Shown here in pieces: positions 47,159 through 56,461 of a stretch of DNA of 61,310 bases. The notes under the pieces were generated by a model. It ran no database searches, was not told where the DNA came from, and saw only the letters and a list, made by a program, of their open reading frames with translations. Each line of letters begins with the position of its first letter. Positions within the stretch are counted from its first letter, which is position 1. The translations under genes and the position numbers were made by a program. Origin of the DNA: a virus (taxonomy: Duplodnaviria > Caudoviricetes); IMG/VR virus record IMGVR_UViG_3300032360_000004, positions 1-61,310 of that record; one strand, given 5' to 3'.

Positions 47159-48202
47159 ATGGCTATTACACCCATCTGGCAAGGCCCGGAAAAAGACGGT
47201 ATCACCCAGTCGCTGCTTGGTAGGTTTCTGTCCTGCCGTGAACGGTTTCGGCTATTAGTAGTGCACGGGTTAAAACCTGTGGACACTTTTAGGCACGCCC
47301 TGGAATACGGTCAAATGTGGCACGCCTGCGAGGAAGCCCACGCAGACGGTGCCGACTGGGCTGAAGCCCTGCAAGAATACTGCCAACCACTGGCCCGGCA
47401 ATATCCCACCCAGCAAGAGCAGGTACAGCACTGGTACCGGGTATGTAAAACGCAGTTCCCTATATACGTAAAGTATTGGGCCAAGCACCCCGATGTTAAA
47501 AACCGGGAACCACTAGTACAGGAGCAGACGTTTAACATTCCCTATGAGTTACCCAGTGGGCGTACCGTGCGGCTGCGGGGTAAGTGGGACAGCGTGGATG
47601 TCATTGGCAAAGGCAGCCGGGCCAAAGTGTACCTACAGGAAAACAAGACTAAGGGTGATGTAGACGAGGAACAACTCAAACAGCAACTACAGTTTGACCT
47701 ACAGACCATGCTGTACCTAACAGCCATGCACATGGCAGGCGACCCCACACAGGCGTGGCCCCACAGCATTGCCGGGGTACGGTACAATGTAGTACGCAGG
47801 CCACTAAGTGGTGGCAGGCACAGCATACGGCAGCACAAGCCCACCAAGAGCAAGCCCCAAGGCGAAAGCCAGGATGAGTATTACAATCGGTTAGGTGGGC
47901 TTATAGCCAGTGACCAGGACTTTTTCTTTATGCGATGGAAGGCAGTGGTAACTGATGCAGACGTGGAAACATTTAAACAGCAGTTCCTTAACCCAGTGCT
48001 AGAACAACTCTGTCAGTGGTGGGACCACATTACCACCAACCTGGAAGACCCATTCCAACCCAGCAACACTACCCACTACCGTTACCCGTTTGGAGTATAT
48101 AACCCGGTAGGTGTGGGCCGAGCCAGTGAACTGGATGAGTACCTGTCCACAGGCAGTACACTGGGCCTGCAAGAAACCGACACTGTATTTCCGGAACTGT
48201 AA
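47159..48202 (+). CDS. PD-(D/E)xK RecB/Cas4-like exonuclease
   Basis: LRGKWD...LQENKT, Q...Y motif; paired with the Sak4-like gene. Confidence 0.8.
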   Translation: MAITPIWQGPEKDGITQSLLGRFLSCRERFRLLVVHGLKPVDTFRHALEYGQMWHACEEAHADGADWAEALQEYCQPLARQYPTQQEQVQHWYRVCKTQFPIYVKYWAKHPDVKNREPLVQEQTFNIPYELPSGRTVRLRGKWDSVDVIGKGSRAKVYLQENKTKGDVDEEQLKQQLQFDLQTMLYLTAMHMAGDPTQAWPHSIAGVRYNVVRRPLSGGRHSIRQHKPTKSKPQGESQDEYYNRLGGLIASDQDFFFMRWKAVVTDADVETFKQQFLNPVLEQLCQWWDHITTNLEDPFQPSNTTHYRYPFGVYNPVGVGRASELDEYLSTGSTLGLQETDTVFPEL

Positions 48203-48217
48203 GAGGAGCAAGCACTA

Positions 48218-49072
48218 ATGCCCAACGTAACGAAGCAAACAACCAAGCCCCGTAAGCGTAAGAAGGGTGGCAAGGTAGTTGACCGCATCCAACCTATAGG
48301 CTTTGACAAGAAGGACGGTATAAAGATTAACCTGTACGGACGCAGTGGCACGGGTAAGACCACCCTGTGGGCTACCTTCCCCAAGCCAATACTGGCCGTG
48401 GTATGCAGTGGGGGTAGCCAGCCCGGTGAACTACGCAGCATTAATACCCCGGCCTACCGCAAGACAATTAATCAGGTGGTGATTGAAAGCAGTGAGGAAA
48501 TTAAAGAACTGGTGGAGTACCAGAAGGAAACTAATAAGTATGCCACCATAGTGCTGGACCACGCCACCGGTCTACAGGACTACGTGCTGCGTGAGGTACT
48601 AGGTATAGACCAAGCCCCGGCCCAACTAAGCTGGGGCGTTGCTAGCCAGCAGCAGTACGGGCAGGTAGCTCTACAGATGAAGGAGCGGCTACGTAGCCTG
48701 CTGGACCTAGACTGTAACGTAGTTATAGTGGCCCAGGAGCGGGAGTTTAATACTGACAGCGAGGGTGACCTGCTAATGCCGTTCGTTGGTAGTGCCCTGA
48801 CACCCAGTGTGACGGGGTGGTTAAACCCAGCCTGTGACTATATCTGCCAAACCTTTATCCGACAGGTTTCTGAGCAGGTAACTATTAAGGTAGGCAACAA
48901 GGAAGTTAAGAAAAGCCGTAAGGGTGCCGGGGTGGAGTACTGCCTGCGTACAGCCCCCGACCCTGTGTTCATCACTAAGTTTCGGCTCCCCAAAGGGGTG
49001 GACCTACCAGATGTAATAGTGGACCCAGACTTTGACAACATCAACCAACTCATCACAGGGCAAGGAGGCTAA
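48218..49072 (+). CDS. Sak4-like AAA recombinase/annealing ATPase
   Basis: LYGRSGTGKTT, TIVLD, VIVAQE. Confidence 0.8.
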   Translation: MPNVTKQTTKPRKRKKGGKVVDRIQPIGFDKKDGIKINLYGRSGTGKTTLWATFPKPILAVVCSGGSQPGELRSINTPAYRKTINQVVIESSEEIKELVEYQKETNKYATIVLDHATGLQDYVLREVLGIDQAPAQLSWGVASQQQYGQVALQMKERLRSLLDLDCNVVIVAQEREFNTDSEGDLLMPFVGSALTPSVTGWLNPACDYICQTFIRQVSEQVTIKVGNKEVKKSRKGAGVEYCLRTAPDPVFITKFRLPKGVDLPDVIVDPDFDNINQLITGQGG

Positions 49073-49073
49073 C

Positions 49074-49286
49074 ATGGATGTCGAAGTCAGAACAGGTAAC
49101 CTAGTTATCACTCGGAAAACTAATGAGAGTTTTATCATTGGGGATGATATAAAGGTTACCATTCTGGATGTAGGTGTAGACAAGGTACGTGTAGGGATTG
49201 AAGCCCCCAAGACAATTAGCATACATCGCCAAGAAGTCTACAACGCTATACAGAGTGGAAGGGGGGAACAGGCAAACACCATCTAG
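49074..49286 (+). CDS. csrA: Carbon storage regulator CsrA/RsmA homologue
   Basis: LVITRKTNESFIIGDDIKVTILDV..DKVRVGIEAPKTISIHRQEVY, with the RNA-binding HR retained. Confidence 0.95.
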   Translation: MDVEVRTGNLVITRKTNESFIIGDDIKVTILDVGVDKVRVGIEAPKTISIHRQEVYNAIQSGRGEQANTI

Positions 49287-49342
49287 TTTAGAGACCATCT
49301 ATTTTAGTACACACCTAAGAACTAAGAGCGAGAAGGATCACC

Positions 49343-50350
49343 ATGCCAAAGAAAACCGGAAGCGGTGGATTTTCCAACAAGCTGGGTAAAGCGGGTCGGA
49401 AAGCGTTTAATACCCACAAGAGCGACGACACTAATATGGGAGGTGGTGCTGAACTGCCGCCCGGCATTGAAGGAGGTATAGCTCAACTGGTGGAGTGCAA
49501 GTTTGACCAGTATAAGCGTGGCCCTAATCAGGGGGAATATTTCTTCTACGCTGCTGCGGTAGTTGTGCAGCCTACTGAGCATGGAGGTATCGGTATTGAG
49601 GGGCTGCGTACCAGTATCATGGAACCGCTGTGTGACACCCCCCAACGCAGCCGACCCGACATGGATGCCCACCTGGACTGGGTGTTAAATGAACTGCGTA
49701 AGCTGGGTGTGGCCACAGACGATATCGACTTTGATGATATTGAAGACGTGGCAGCAGCTATTAAAGCCGAGGGACCTTATATGAGGTTCCGCACGTGGCA
49801 GGGTGAACCCACCGAGCAGTGGCCCAACCCACGGGTTAACCACCAGTGGGGTGGTGCCTGCACATATACCCCGGATGATGACGGGGATGCTGTGGTGGAC
49901 AACACTGATGATGACGATGAAGATGATGAAGATGACACCCCGGCACCAGTGGAAGACACTACTGATAGTTCTGACCTGGACGCACTGGCTGCTGCTTCAG
50001 ATGAAGGTGACGAGGAGGCCCAATCTAAACTGGCCGACGCAGCCTTTGAAGCCGGTGTGGATGAGGAAGATGTTAGTAATGCTGAGAACTGGGTAGCCGT
50101 AGCTGAACTGGTTAAAGCAGTTGACCAGGACGAGACTGATGATGACGACGATGATGATGACGATGACGAGGCTACCGATTGGCAGCCAGAGAAGGGGGAA
50201 GTGTATAGCTATAAGCCCCCCAAGGCACGCAAGACGGTGGACTGCGAAGTGACTGCTGTGTTTAGTGGCAAGGAAACGTGCAACCTTAAAAACCTTGACG
50301 ATGGCAAGGTCTATAAGGCTGTGTCCTGGGATAAGCTGGAGCAGGAATAG
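49343..50350 (+). CDS. Putative ssDNA-binding protein with long acidic C-terminal region
   Basis: Follows the exonuclease and Sak4 genes; OB-like N-terminal half; poly-Asp/Glu tracts. Confidence 0.55.
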   Translation: MPKKTGSGGFSNKLGKAGRKAFNTHKSDDTNMGGGAELPPGIEGGIAQLVECKFDQYKRGPNQGEYFFYAAAVVVQPTEHGGIGIEGLRTSIMEPLCDTPQRSRPDMDAHLDWVLNELRKLGVATDDIDFDDIEDVAAAIKAEGPYMRFRTWQGEPTEQWPNPRVNHQWGGACTYTPDDDGDAVVDNTDDDDEDDEDDTPAPVEDTTDSSDLDALAAASDEGDEEAQSKLADAAFEAGVDEEDVSNAENWVAVAELVKAVDQDETDDDDDDDDDDEATDWQPEKGEVYSYKPPKARKTVDCEVTAVFSGKETCNLKNLDDGKVYKAVSWDKLEQE

Positions 50351-50369
50351 TTTCCAGGCTGCTAGAATT

Positions 50370-50421
50370 CCCAAGGATGGGTTATGGGTGTGTGCTTGCT
50401 CCCTTGGGCCACGGATGGCCC
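50370..50421 (+). ncRNA. Small RNA element: two GGA-loop hairpins flanking the anti-RBS GGGTGTGTGCTTGCTCCCTT (anti-RBS element 3)
   Basis: CCCA-AGGA-TGGG (50370-81) and GGGCCA-CGGA-TGGCCC (50406-21); alternative stem CCCAAGG/CCTTGGG. Confidence 0.6.
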
Positions 50422-50428
50422 TTTATAT

Positions 50429-50502
50429 ACCCCTGTAGCTCAGTCGGTTAGAGCAGGGTGCTCATAACGCTTTGGTCGCAGGTTCGAATCCTGCCGGGGG
50501 TA
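50429..50502 (+). tRNA. tRNA with CAT anticodon, most likely tRNA-Ile2 (lysidine, reads AUA); CCA not encoded
   Basis: Cloverleaf ACCCCTG/CGGGGGT, GCTC/GAGC, loop CTCATAA, GCAGG-TTCGAAT-CCTGC. C4/C5 acceptor pairs and the overall sequence resemble Ile2 tRNAs. Confidence 0.9.
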
Positions 50503-50538
50503 CTAGGGTCAATAGAGTGGAAAGGATACCCACCATCG

Positions 50539-51102
50539 GTGATAAACAAAAAACTAGGGAAGCTGTTAAAGACAGCCAGAGCAACTAAACCCCAGTGGAA
50601 ACTATTACCGTCCGTACTGTTGTGCCCCAATATACCCAAGCCCCTGCACGGTGTAGCACCCCGTGTAATACTAGGTAGTAAGTGGTGGGACGTTACCCGT
50701 AGGGCAGCCTACGCCAGCACCGGGTACCACTGCCAAGCCTGTGGGGTGCATAAGTACCACGCCCGTCTACACCAGTGGTTAGAAGCCCATGAGGAGTACG
50801 ATACCGACTACCTGTTAGGTCGCATGACTTACATACGCTCTGTGCCCCTGTGCCACTACTGCCACGCCTATATACACAGTGGCCGACTGCAAGCCCTGCG
50901 GGACAAAGGTCAGATTAAACCCCAACTACACGACGAGATACTAAGCCACGGTGACCGGGTACTAAGGCAGGCAGGGCTAACCAAGCCACCAACACACAAC
51001 GGTCCTATGGCCGACTGGAGCGACTGGCGACTGGTGCTGAATGACAAACTATATCCACCAAAGTTTAAGACAGTAGAGGAGTGGGAAAAGGAGTTCGCAT
51101 GA
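50539..51102 (+). CDS. HNH-like endonuclease (start uncertain)
   Basis: CQACG, LEAHE, LCHYCHAYIH. Confidence 0.75.
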   Translation: MINKKLGKLLKTARATKPQWKLLPSVLLCPNIPKPLHGVAPRVILGSKWWDVTRRAAYASTGYHCQACGVHKYHARLHQWLEAHEEYDTDYLLGRMTYIRSVPLCHYCHAYIHSGRLQALRDKGQIKPQLHDEILSHGDRVLRQAGLTKPPTHNGPMADWSDWRLVLNDKLYPPKFKTVEEWEKEFA

Positions 51103-53099
51103 TTATAAGCCTAGACACAGAAACTACTGGACTGGATCTACGGCATGGCAGCAGGCCATTCCTGGTGACCATGTACAACAGCGACGACGTTACCACGTGG
51201 TGGGAGTGGGACGTAGACCCACTAACCCGGCAGCCTGTTGTACCCCCCGGTGACCTGGAAGAGGTACAGCAAACTATAGACAGTGCCGAGTTTATAGTTT
51301 TGCAGAACGCTAAGTTCGATGTAGCTGCCCTACAGTCTGTTTACCACGGCACCCTGGAATGGGATTGGTCCAAGGTCTATGACACCCTGTTGGCTGGCCA
51401 CCTGTTAGCAAGCAACCACCCCCACGACCTGACCACTATGGCCCTGATGTACTTGGGTGTAGATATAAAGTCCCAGGACAACACCGTGCAACAAGCCTGC
51501 AACGAGGCCCGTCGTATAGCACGCAGCAGGTACCCAGATTGGTTAATAGCCCGTAGTGACGACCCGACCATGCCCAGTGCTAAGGGTTCCCTAGCTAAGA
51601 GCGATATGTGGTTACCTCGTGCTGTGGCCAAGGTAGAACACTACCCCACTAACCACCTGTGGCATACGGTGTGTGCCCGATACGCCAATGTTGATAGTGA
51701 GGTCACCCTCCACCTGTTTAACCGCCAACGGCAGCTATTAGAGGAGCGGGGCTTGTGGGATATATACCTGACCCGCCTACGGGTGCTACCTATTGCATAT
51801 GACATGGAGAGCCGAGGCATAACTATATGCCGAAGCCGCCTGGAACAACTACAACAGGAGTACACAGAGGAGAGTGGCCAAGCTGGCCGGGTGTGTGTCA
51901 ACATTGCTACTAGTTTTGGTGCGGACCTACGCCTACCTAAAGGGGGTAATAACAACAGCCTGCTTAGTACCGTGTTTGGCAGTATGGGACTGGAGCCTGT
52001 TAAACGGTCTAAGAAAACTGGTGCTCCCAGCCTGGACAAGCAAACTATAGAACACTACGAAGCTACCCTGCCCCCACGAAGTAGGGAACTAACATTCGTA
52101 CAGGCACTAAGACGCAAACGCAAACGCGACACAGCCCTGCAATACATGGAAGGCTATATAAGGTTCTGGCTGCCCTTAGACAGTGACCAGGACACCGGGT
52201 GGTACCGCTTGCACCCCAGCCTAAACCCAACAGGTACGGACACCCTGCGGTGGAGCAGTAGTAACCCCAACGAGCAGAACATCAGCAAGCAGGAAGGGTT
52301 TAACCTGCGGCACTGCTTTGGCCCAGCACCGGGCCGTGAGTGGTGGAGCCTGGATGCTAAGAATATAGAACTGCGTATACCCGCCTATGAGGCTGGGGAG
52401 ACCGAGATGGTAGACCTGTTCGAACGTAGTGACGAACCGCCCTACTACGGCAGCTACCATATGTTAATATTCGACACCCTGCATCCAGACAAGTTTGCCC
52501 AGTACGGTATGGAATGTAAACAGCGGTACGGCAGCACGTGGTACCAGTGGACCAAGAATGGAAACTTCGCTGTGCAGTACGGGGCAGTGGAAGCCAGCGG
52601 TACCGCTGACCGGGCCTATCATATACCGGGTGCCCAGCACCGCATACAGGAACGATTCTCTAAGGTGGCTGCTCTTAATACTAAGATGATAGAGTTCGCC
52701 ACCCAGCACGGTTACGTAGAGACCATGCCAGACCTGACCGTAGATCCCACCCGTGGCTACCCGCTGCTATGTACACTGAGCCAGTGGGGTGAAGTGCTGC
52801 CCACTGTGCCCCTGAACTACCACGTACAGGGAACAGCTATGTGGTGGATGATGAAGGCCATGTTGAGGTGCCAGGAGTACCTGGACACGTTACCCGGCTG
52901 CTACATGGTTATGCAGATACACGACGAACTGGTGTTTGACTTTCCACAAGGCAAGGGGCTACAGCCGTGGCGTACTAATATGCCCCGCATCCGCAGGATT
53001 AAAAGCCTGATGGAAGAGAGTGGTAAGGACCTAGGAATACCCACACCCGTCAGTTTAGAATATCACCCCACCACCTGGAGCGAGGGTATGGTCCTATGA
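51099..53099 (+). CDS. polA: Family A DNA polymerase with 3'-5' exonuclease
   Basis: SLDTETTG, QNAKFD, YANVD; SSSNPNEQNI, LDAKNIELRI, KNGNFAVQYG, QIHDELV. Confidence 0.95.
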   Translation: MIISLDTETTGLDLRHGSRPFLVTMYNSDDVTTWWEWDVDPLTRQPVVPPGDLEEVQQTIDSAEFIVLQNAKFDVAALQSVYHGTLEWDWSKVYDTLLAGHLLASNHPHDLTTMALMYLGVDIKSQDNTVQQACNEARRIARSRYPDWLIARSDDPTMPSAKGSLAKSDMWLPRAVAKVEHYPTNHLWHTVCARYANVDSEVTLHLFNRQRQLLEERGLWDIYLTRLRVLPIAYDMESRGITICRSRLEQLQQEYTEESGQAGRVCVNIATSFGADLRLPKGGNNNSLLSTVFGSMGLEPVKRSKKTGAPSLDKQTIEHYEATLPPRSRELTFVQALRRKRKRDTALQYMEGYIRFWLPLDSDQDTGWYRLHPSLNPTGTDTLRWSSSNPNEQNISKQEGFNLRHCFGPAPGREWWSLDAKNIELRIPAYEAGETEMVDLFERSDEPPYYGSYHMLIFDTLHPDKFAQYGMECKQRYGSTWYQWTKNGNFAVQYGAVEASGTADRAYHIPGAQHRIQERFSKVAALNTKMIEFATQHGYVETMPDLTVDPTRGYPLLCTLSQWGEVLPTVPLNYHVQGTAMWWMMKAMLRCQEYLDTLPGCYMVMQIHDELVFDFPQGKGLQPWRTNMPRIRRIKSLMEESGKDLGIPTPVSLEYHPTTWSEGMVL

Positions 53100-54001
53100 A
53101 GATTGAACAGGTGGCCAAGCTGTCACCACAGGCACGGCTATTATACTGGATACGTGAGCGGCACCAGATTTACCTACGTCGTAAAGCTGGCAAGCCTACA
53201 CCGTGGACCGATGACCAGATACTACAAACAGCCTTCTTTACAAATCCCTACCGTGAGCACGACCGTACTACTATCTGGCTCAGGGAAAACTTTAGGGATG
53301 AGCATAGAAAGCAACCCAGTGTAGTAACTGGGACCATTATATATAGGTGGTTCAATCGCATAGAGACGGGGCAAGTGTTGCTACAACATGGCCTGTTGAC
53401 TAGGTGGAAGCCCCGGCTTGCCATGAGAGTGCTGGGGGAGTTGGCCAAGCCCTTCACCAGTGCCTACATCATTAGCACCCGGTCAGCCCCCAAGGGTACC
53501 AGTAAGCTGGAAGCCGTCTGTAACTATATAGACCAAGTGTGGAACCACAGGACAAGACTGCCAGCCAGGATAGAGACCTGCGGCACCATGCAGCAGACTG
53601 TGGACATACTTAAACAGTATGAAGGGCTAGGACCGTTCATGTCTTACGAGATAGCCTGCGACCTGAGATACACCCGCTACTTACAGGATGCCCCAGACGT
53701 TACTACATACACACAGGTAGGACCGGGTGCTCGCAGGGGCTTATACCGTCTCCAGGGATTACAACCCAAGAAGCGGCTCAACCGTAACACCGGGGGCACT
53801 GGCTGGTACGGGGCCAGTCAGCCAACCCTGGAAGACGAAATAGGAACTGTGCAACAAGTCATGCAGCTTATTAATGGGGGAACTAAGATCCGAGTCCCCG
53901 TGTTTGAAATGAGGGAGGTGGAACATAGTCTGTGCGAGTGGGATAAGTATGAACGGGTGTTACAGGGAGAACGACCCAAACGTAAATACATGGGAGCCTA
54001 G
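53096..54001 (+). CDS. 5-hmdU DNA kinase-like (aGPT-Pplase1), paralogue 1
   Basis: WIRERHQIY..R..G..PWTDDQIL...FTNPYREHDRTT, YRWFN, GLGPFMSYEI.CD, EHSLCEWDKY.R. Confidence 0.85.
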   Translation: MKIEQVAKLSPQARLLYWIRERHQIYLRRKAGKPTPWTDDQILQTAFFTNPYREHDRTTIWLRENFRDEHRKQPSVVTGTIIYRWFNRIETGQVLLQHGLLTRWKPRLAMRVLGELAKPFTSAYIISTRSAPKGTSKLEAVCNYIDQVWNHRTRLPARIETCGTMQQTVDILKQYEGLGPFMSYEIACDLRYTRYLQDAPDVTTYTQVGPGARRGLYRLQGLQPKKRLNRNTGGTGWYGASQPTLEDEIGTVQQVMQLINGGTKIRVPVFEMREVEHSLCEWDKYERVLQGERPKRKYMGA

Positions 54002-54003
54002 TT

Positions 54004-54903
54004 ATGTTGAGTGAGCAAGTGGCCAAGCTAACATCCAGGGACAGGTTTATTTATTGGATACGTGAACGGCACCAGATATATAGGAAACGCAGGGCAGGCC
54101 AGATTGCACCGTGGACAAATGACCCGGTGCTGCGACAATACTTCTTTACCAACCCGTACCGGGAGAACGACAAGGTAACCCAGTGGTTCAGGCAGCACCT
54201 GCGGGAACCCCTGCGGGATGATCCCCGTGTGCTGTTTGCCACCGTGGCCTTTAGGTGGTTTAACCTGCCTAGTACGGGCTGTGCGTTGATGCACTACCCC
54301 AGTGAGGGTAAATGGCCGGGTTTACTGGGCAAGTGGCGTACAGGGGCAGCCACGGCCCTTCTAGGGGGCTTGAAAGAACAGGGTAAGGTGTTTACCGGGG
54401 CATTCAACATATCCGCCAGCGGCAGTACCAAGCCCAAGGTCAACCGGGTGTGTGAGGACTACATAGAACCCGTGTGGAGGGACCGTGCCAACCTGCTGCA
54501 CCGGGTAGAGGGTTGTACCACCCTGCAGGATGCCCACGCCCTGCTAAGGCAATACACCGGGCTGGGTGGTAGTGGCTTTATGGCCTACGAAATCATATGC
54601 GACCTGCGGTATACCTACCTGCTGGAAGACGCCACTGACATATGCACCTGGACCAACCCCGGTCCGGGCTGCCACCGTGGGCTGGCCCGCCTGGAAGGGC
54701 AAAGCCTACAGGGGGCACGACGGGTGAAGGTGGATGAACCACTAATAAAGATGCGGGACTTGCTGGCGTACACCCGTAGACGGCTACCGTCGATGCAGTT
54801 TGAAATGCGGGAGATAGAGCACAGCCTATGTGAGTACGATAAGTATGAGCGAGCACGGCTTAGCGAAGGACACCTTAAAAGAAAGTACCACCCCTCCTCA
54901 TGA
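54004..54903 (+). CDS. 5-hmdU DNA kinase-like (aGPT-Pplase1), paralogue 2
   Basis: Same motif set: PWTNDPVL, FTNPYRENDKVT, FRWFN, FMAYEIICD, GPG, EHSLCEYDKY.R. Confidence 0.85.
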   Translation: MLSEQVAKLTSRDRFIYWIRERHQIYRKRRAGQIAPWTNDPVLRQYFFTNPYRENDKVTQWFRQHLREPLRDDPRVLFATVAFRWFNLPSTGCALMHYPSEGKWPGLLGKWRTGAATALLGGLKEQGKVFTGAFNISASGSTKPKVNRVCEDYIEPVWRDRANLLHRVEGCTTLQDAHALLRQYTGLGGSGFMAYEIICDLRYTYLLEDATDICTWTNPGPGCHRGLARLEGQSLQGARRVKVDEPLIKMRDLLAYTRRRLPSMQFEMREIEHSLCEYDKYERARLSEGHLKRKYHPSS

Positions 54904-55445
54904 CTGTGATTGATATACGTGGCACCCATGGCAGTGGTAAGAGTTGGTGTATGCACCAGCTACTAGACCAGTACGAACACCAACCCATAACTGAGGAAGG
55001 CAAGCACATAGGATACACACTGCCTGACCTGGAAGCAGCCTTGGTAGGTAAGTACGCCACAGTGACCGGGGGTTGTGACGGGGTGGGAACAGCCGATGAG
55101 GTGGTCCGCCGGGTCAGGCTGTTCGCCAGCCAGTACAGGTACGTATTACTAGAGGGGATATTAGTGTCCCACTCATTCAAGCGGTACCACGAGCTAGCCC
55201 TGGAAGTGGGTGACTACCGGTGGTTGTTTATGTCTACACCACTGCGGAACTGCATAGCCCGTGTGCGTGCCAGGAGAAGAGCACGTGGCAACCTGAAACC
55301 ACTAAGCCCACACAACGTAATTAAGGACCACGTCAGCGTGTGGACCAACATACAACGCAAGGCTCGGGACGCAGGCCACCGGGTGGTGGTGGTGCCGTGG
55401 CGTGACCCGCTGCCCACTGTGCTGCACGAACTGGGAGTATCCTAG
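54900..55445 (+). CDS. P-loop nucleotide kinase associated with thymidine hypermodification loci
   Basis: IRGTHGSGKS, GKY...GGCD, LLEG, TPL..CIARV..RR. Confidence 0.8.
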   Translation: MTVIDIRGTHGSGKSWCMHQLLDQYEHQPITEEGKHIGYTLPDLEAALVGKYATVTGGCDGVGTADEVVRRVRLFASQYRYVLLEGILVSHSFKRYHELALEVGDYRWLFMSTPLRNCIARVRARRRARGNLKPLSPHNVIKDHVSVWTNIQRKARDAGHRVVVVPWRDPLPTVLHELGVS

Positions 55446-55467
55446 TCATGACCACCGGGCAGGTACC

Positions 55468-55504
55468 AAAGAAAAACCCCCACCCCCCAAAGGGGGCAGG
55501 GGTT
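55468..55504 (-). terminator. Rho-independent terminator for the histone-like gene
   Basis: GC-rich hairpin followed by TTTTTCTTT on the - strand. Confidence 0.65.
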
Positions 55505-55525
55505 ACAACAGCCGGGCCAGTGGCC

Positions 55526-56332
55526 CTAGCTAAACTTCAACATCTTTGCCAAGCCGGGGGCCGTCAGTTTGGGACCCTTGGCCGCAACCTTGCTGGCCTT
55601 CTTGGGTGCCTTCTTGGCCTTGGCCTTGGCCTTGGCCTTGGGGGCAGCCTTGGGGGCAGCCTTCAGGGTCTTGGTGCCCTTGGCCGTGACGGCGAAGCAG
55701 AACCGTGCTCGGCCGTGGTTGTCCTGGGCCTCATGGCTCTTGATGAGTCCCTGACCTTCCAGGCTGTTGGGGTAGCTGGCACCCTTGCTACTGTTGGCAG
55801 CCATCATGCGGGTCAGCCCCTTCAAGATGCCCGTGGCAACCCGGACGTCATTGTAGGACACGTTGCCCTTGGCCTTGGCCACTGCGGTCAGGATTCTAAC
55901 CTGACTGCCCGTGAGTCCAGCAACCTTGGGGCCAGTGGCCTTGCGGGTCTTGCGGCTGGCCTTGGGGCTGGCCTTCTTGGTGTTCTTCTTGGCAGTCTTC
56001 TTGGCAGTCTTCATAGCTTGCTCCTTGCCACTCTTGGTGGCTTTGGAAACTTGACGGGAGGTACGCTGCCCCGACTTCAGCAACAGAGTGCAGGGCACAG
56101 CCTGCACATTGAGGAAACCTTGATTTGTACGGGTGGCAACCTGCTTGGCAGCCAACTCAGGAGAACCGGCCCAACCCAGCACACCGTCTCCGGGCAGGTT
56201 GTAATGTCTGGTCTCGCCGGTTGCAGGGTGGTGGATCCCAGTGGCCGTAATGCAGTGGGTGTAGGTGCGGGCCGTGGTGCGGGTGTGGATGGTGCCGTCT
56301 TGGGCGGTTATGGTGTAGGTTTTCTTGGACAT
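55526..56332 (-). CDS. Histone H1-like Lys/Ala-rich protein with central winged-helix; second in-frame start at 56014
   Basis: KTAKKTAKK and KAAPKAAPKAKAKAK repeats flank LTGSQVRIL...SLEGQGLI...FAVTAKG. A GGAGCAAGC RBS precedes both 56332 and 56014. Confidence 0.75.
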   Translation of the reverse strand: MSKKTYTITAQDGTIHTRTTARTYTHCITATGIHHPATGETRHYNLPGDGVLGWAGSPELAAKQVATRTNQGFLNVQAVPCTLLLKSGQRTSRQVSKATKSGKEQAMKTAKKTAKKNTKKASPKASRKTRKATGPKVAGLTGSQVRILTAVAKAKGNVSYNDVRVATGILKGLTRMMAANSSKGASYPNSLEGQGLIKSHEAQDNHGRARFCFAVTAKGTKTLKAAPKAAPKAKAKAKAKKAPKKASKVAAKGPKLTAPGLAKMLKFS

Positions 56333-56377
56333 GGTTGCTTGCTCCGTTTGCGTGGGCCGTGTGAATGTCATAAACGA

Positions 56378-56406
56378 ACTATCCCAGTTATCGGCAAACA
56401 GCACAA
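56378..56406 (-). promoter_or_regulatory. Candidate sigma70-like promoter for the histone-like gene
   Basis: TTGTGC-17 bp-GATAGT with a TG extension. Confidence 0.4.
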
Positions 56407-56461
56407 GCCCCCTGCACCTGTTTTGGCAAGTTTGTTATAAATAGCAAGCAAACCCCTCGTT

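Noticed and set aside
47159-48202. Cas4-like nuclease as part of a CRISPR system
   Set aside because: There is no array or other cas gene. It sits in the usual exonuclease-Sak4-SSB recombination module.
50458-50538. ORF-track start of the HNH gene inside the tRNA
   Set aside because: It overlaps the tRNA cloverleaf, so a downstream GTG is more plausible.
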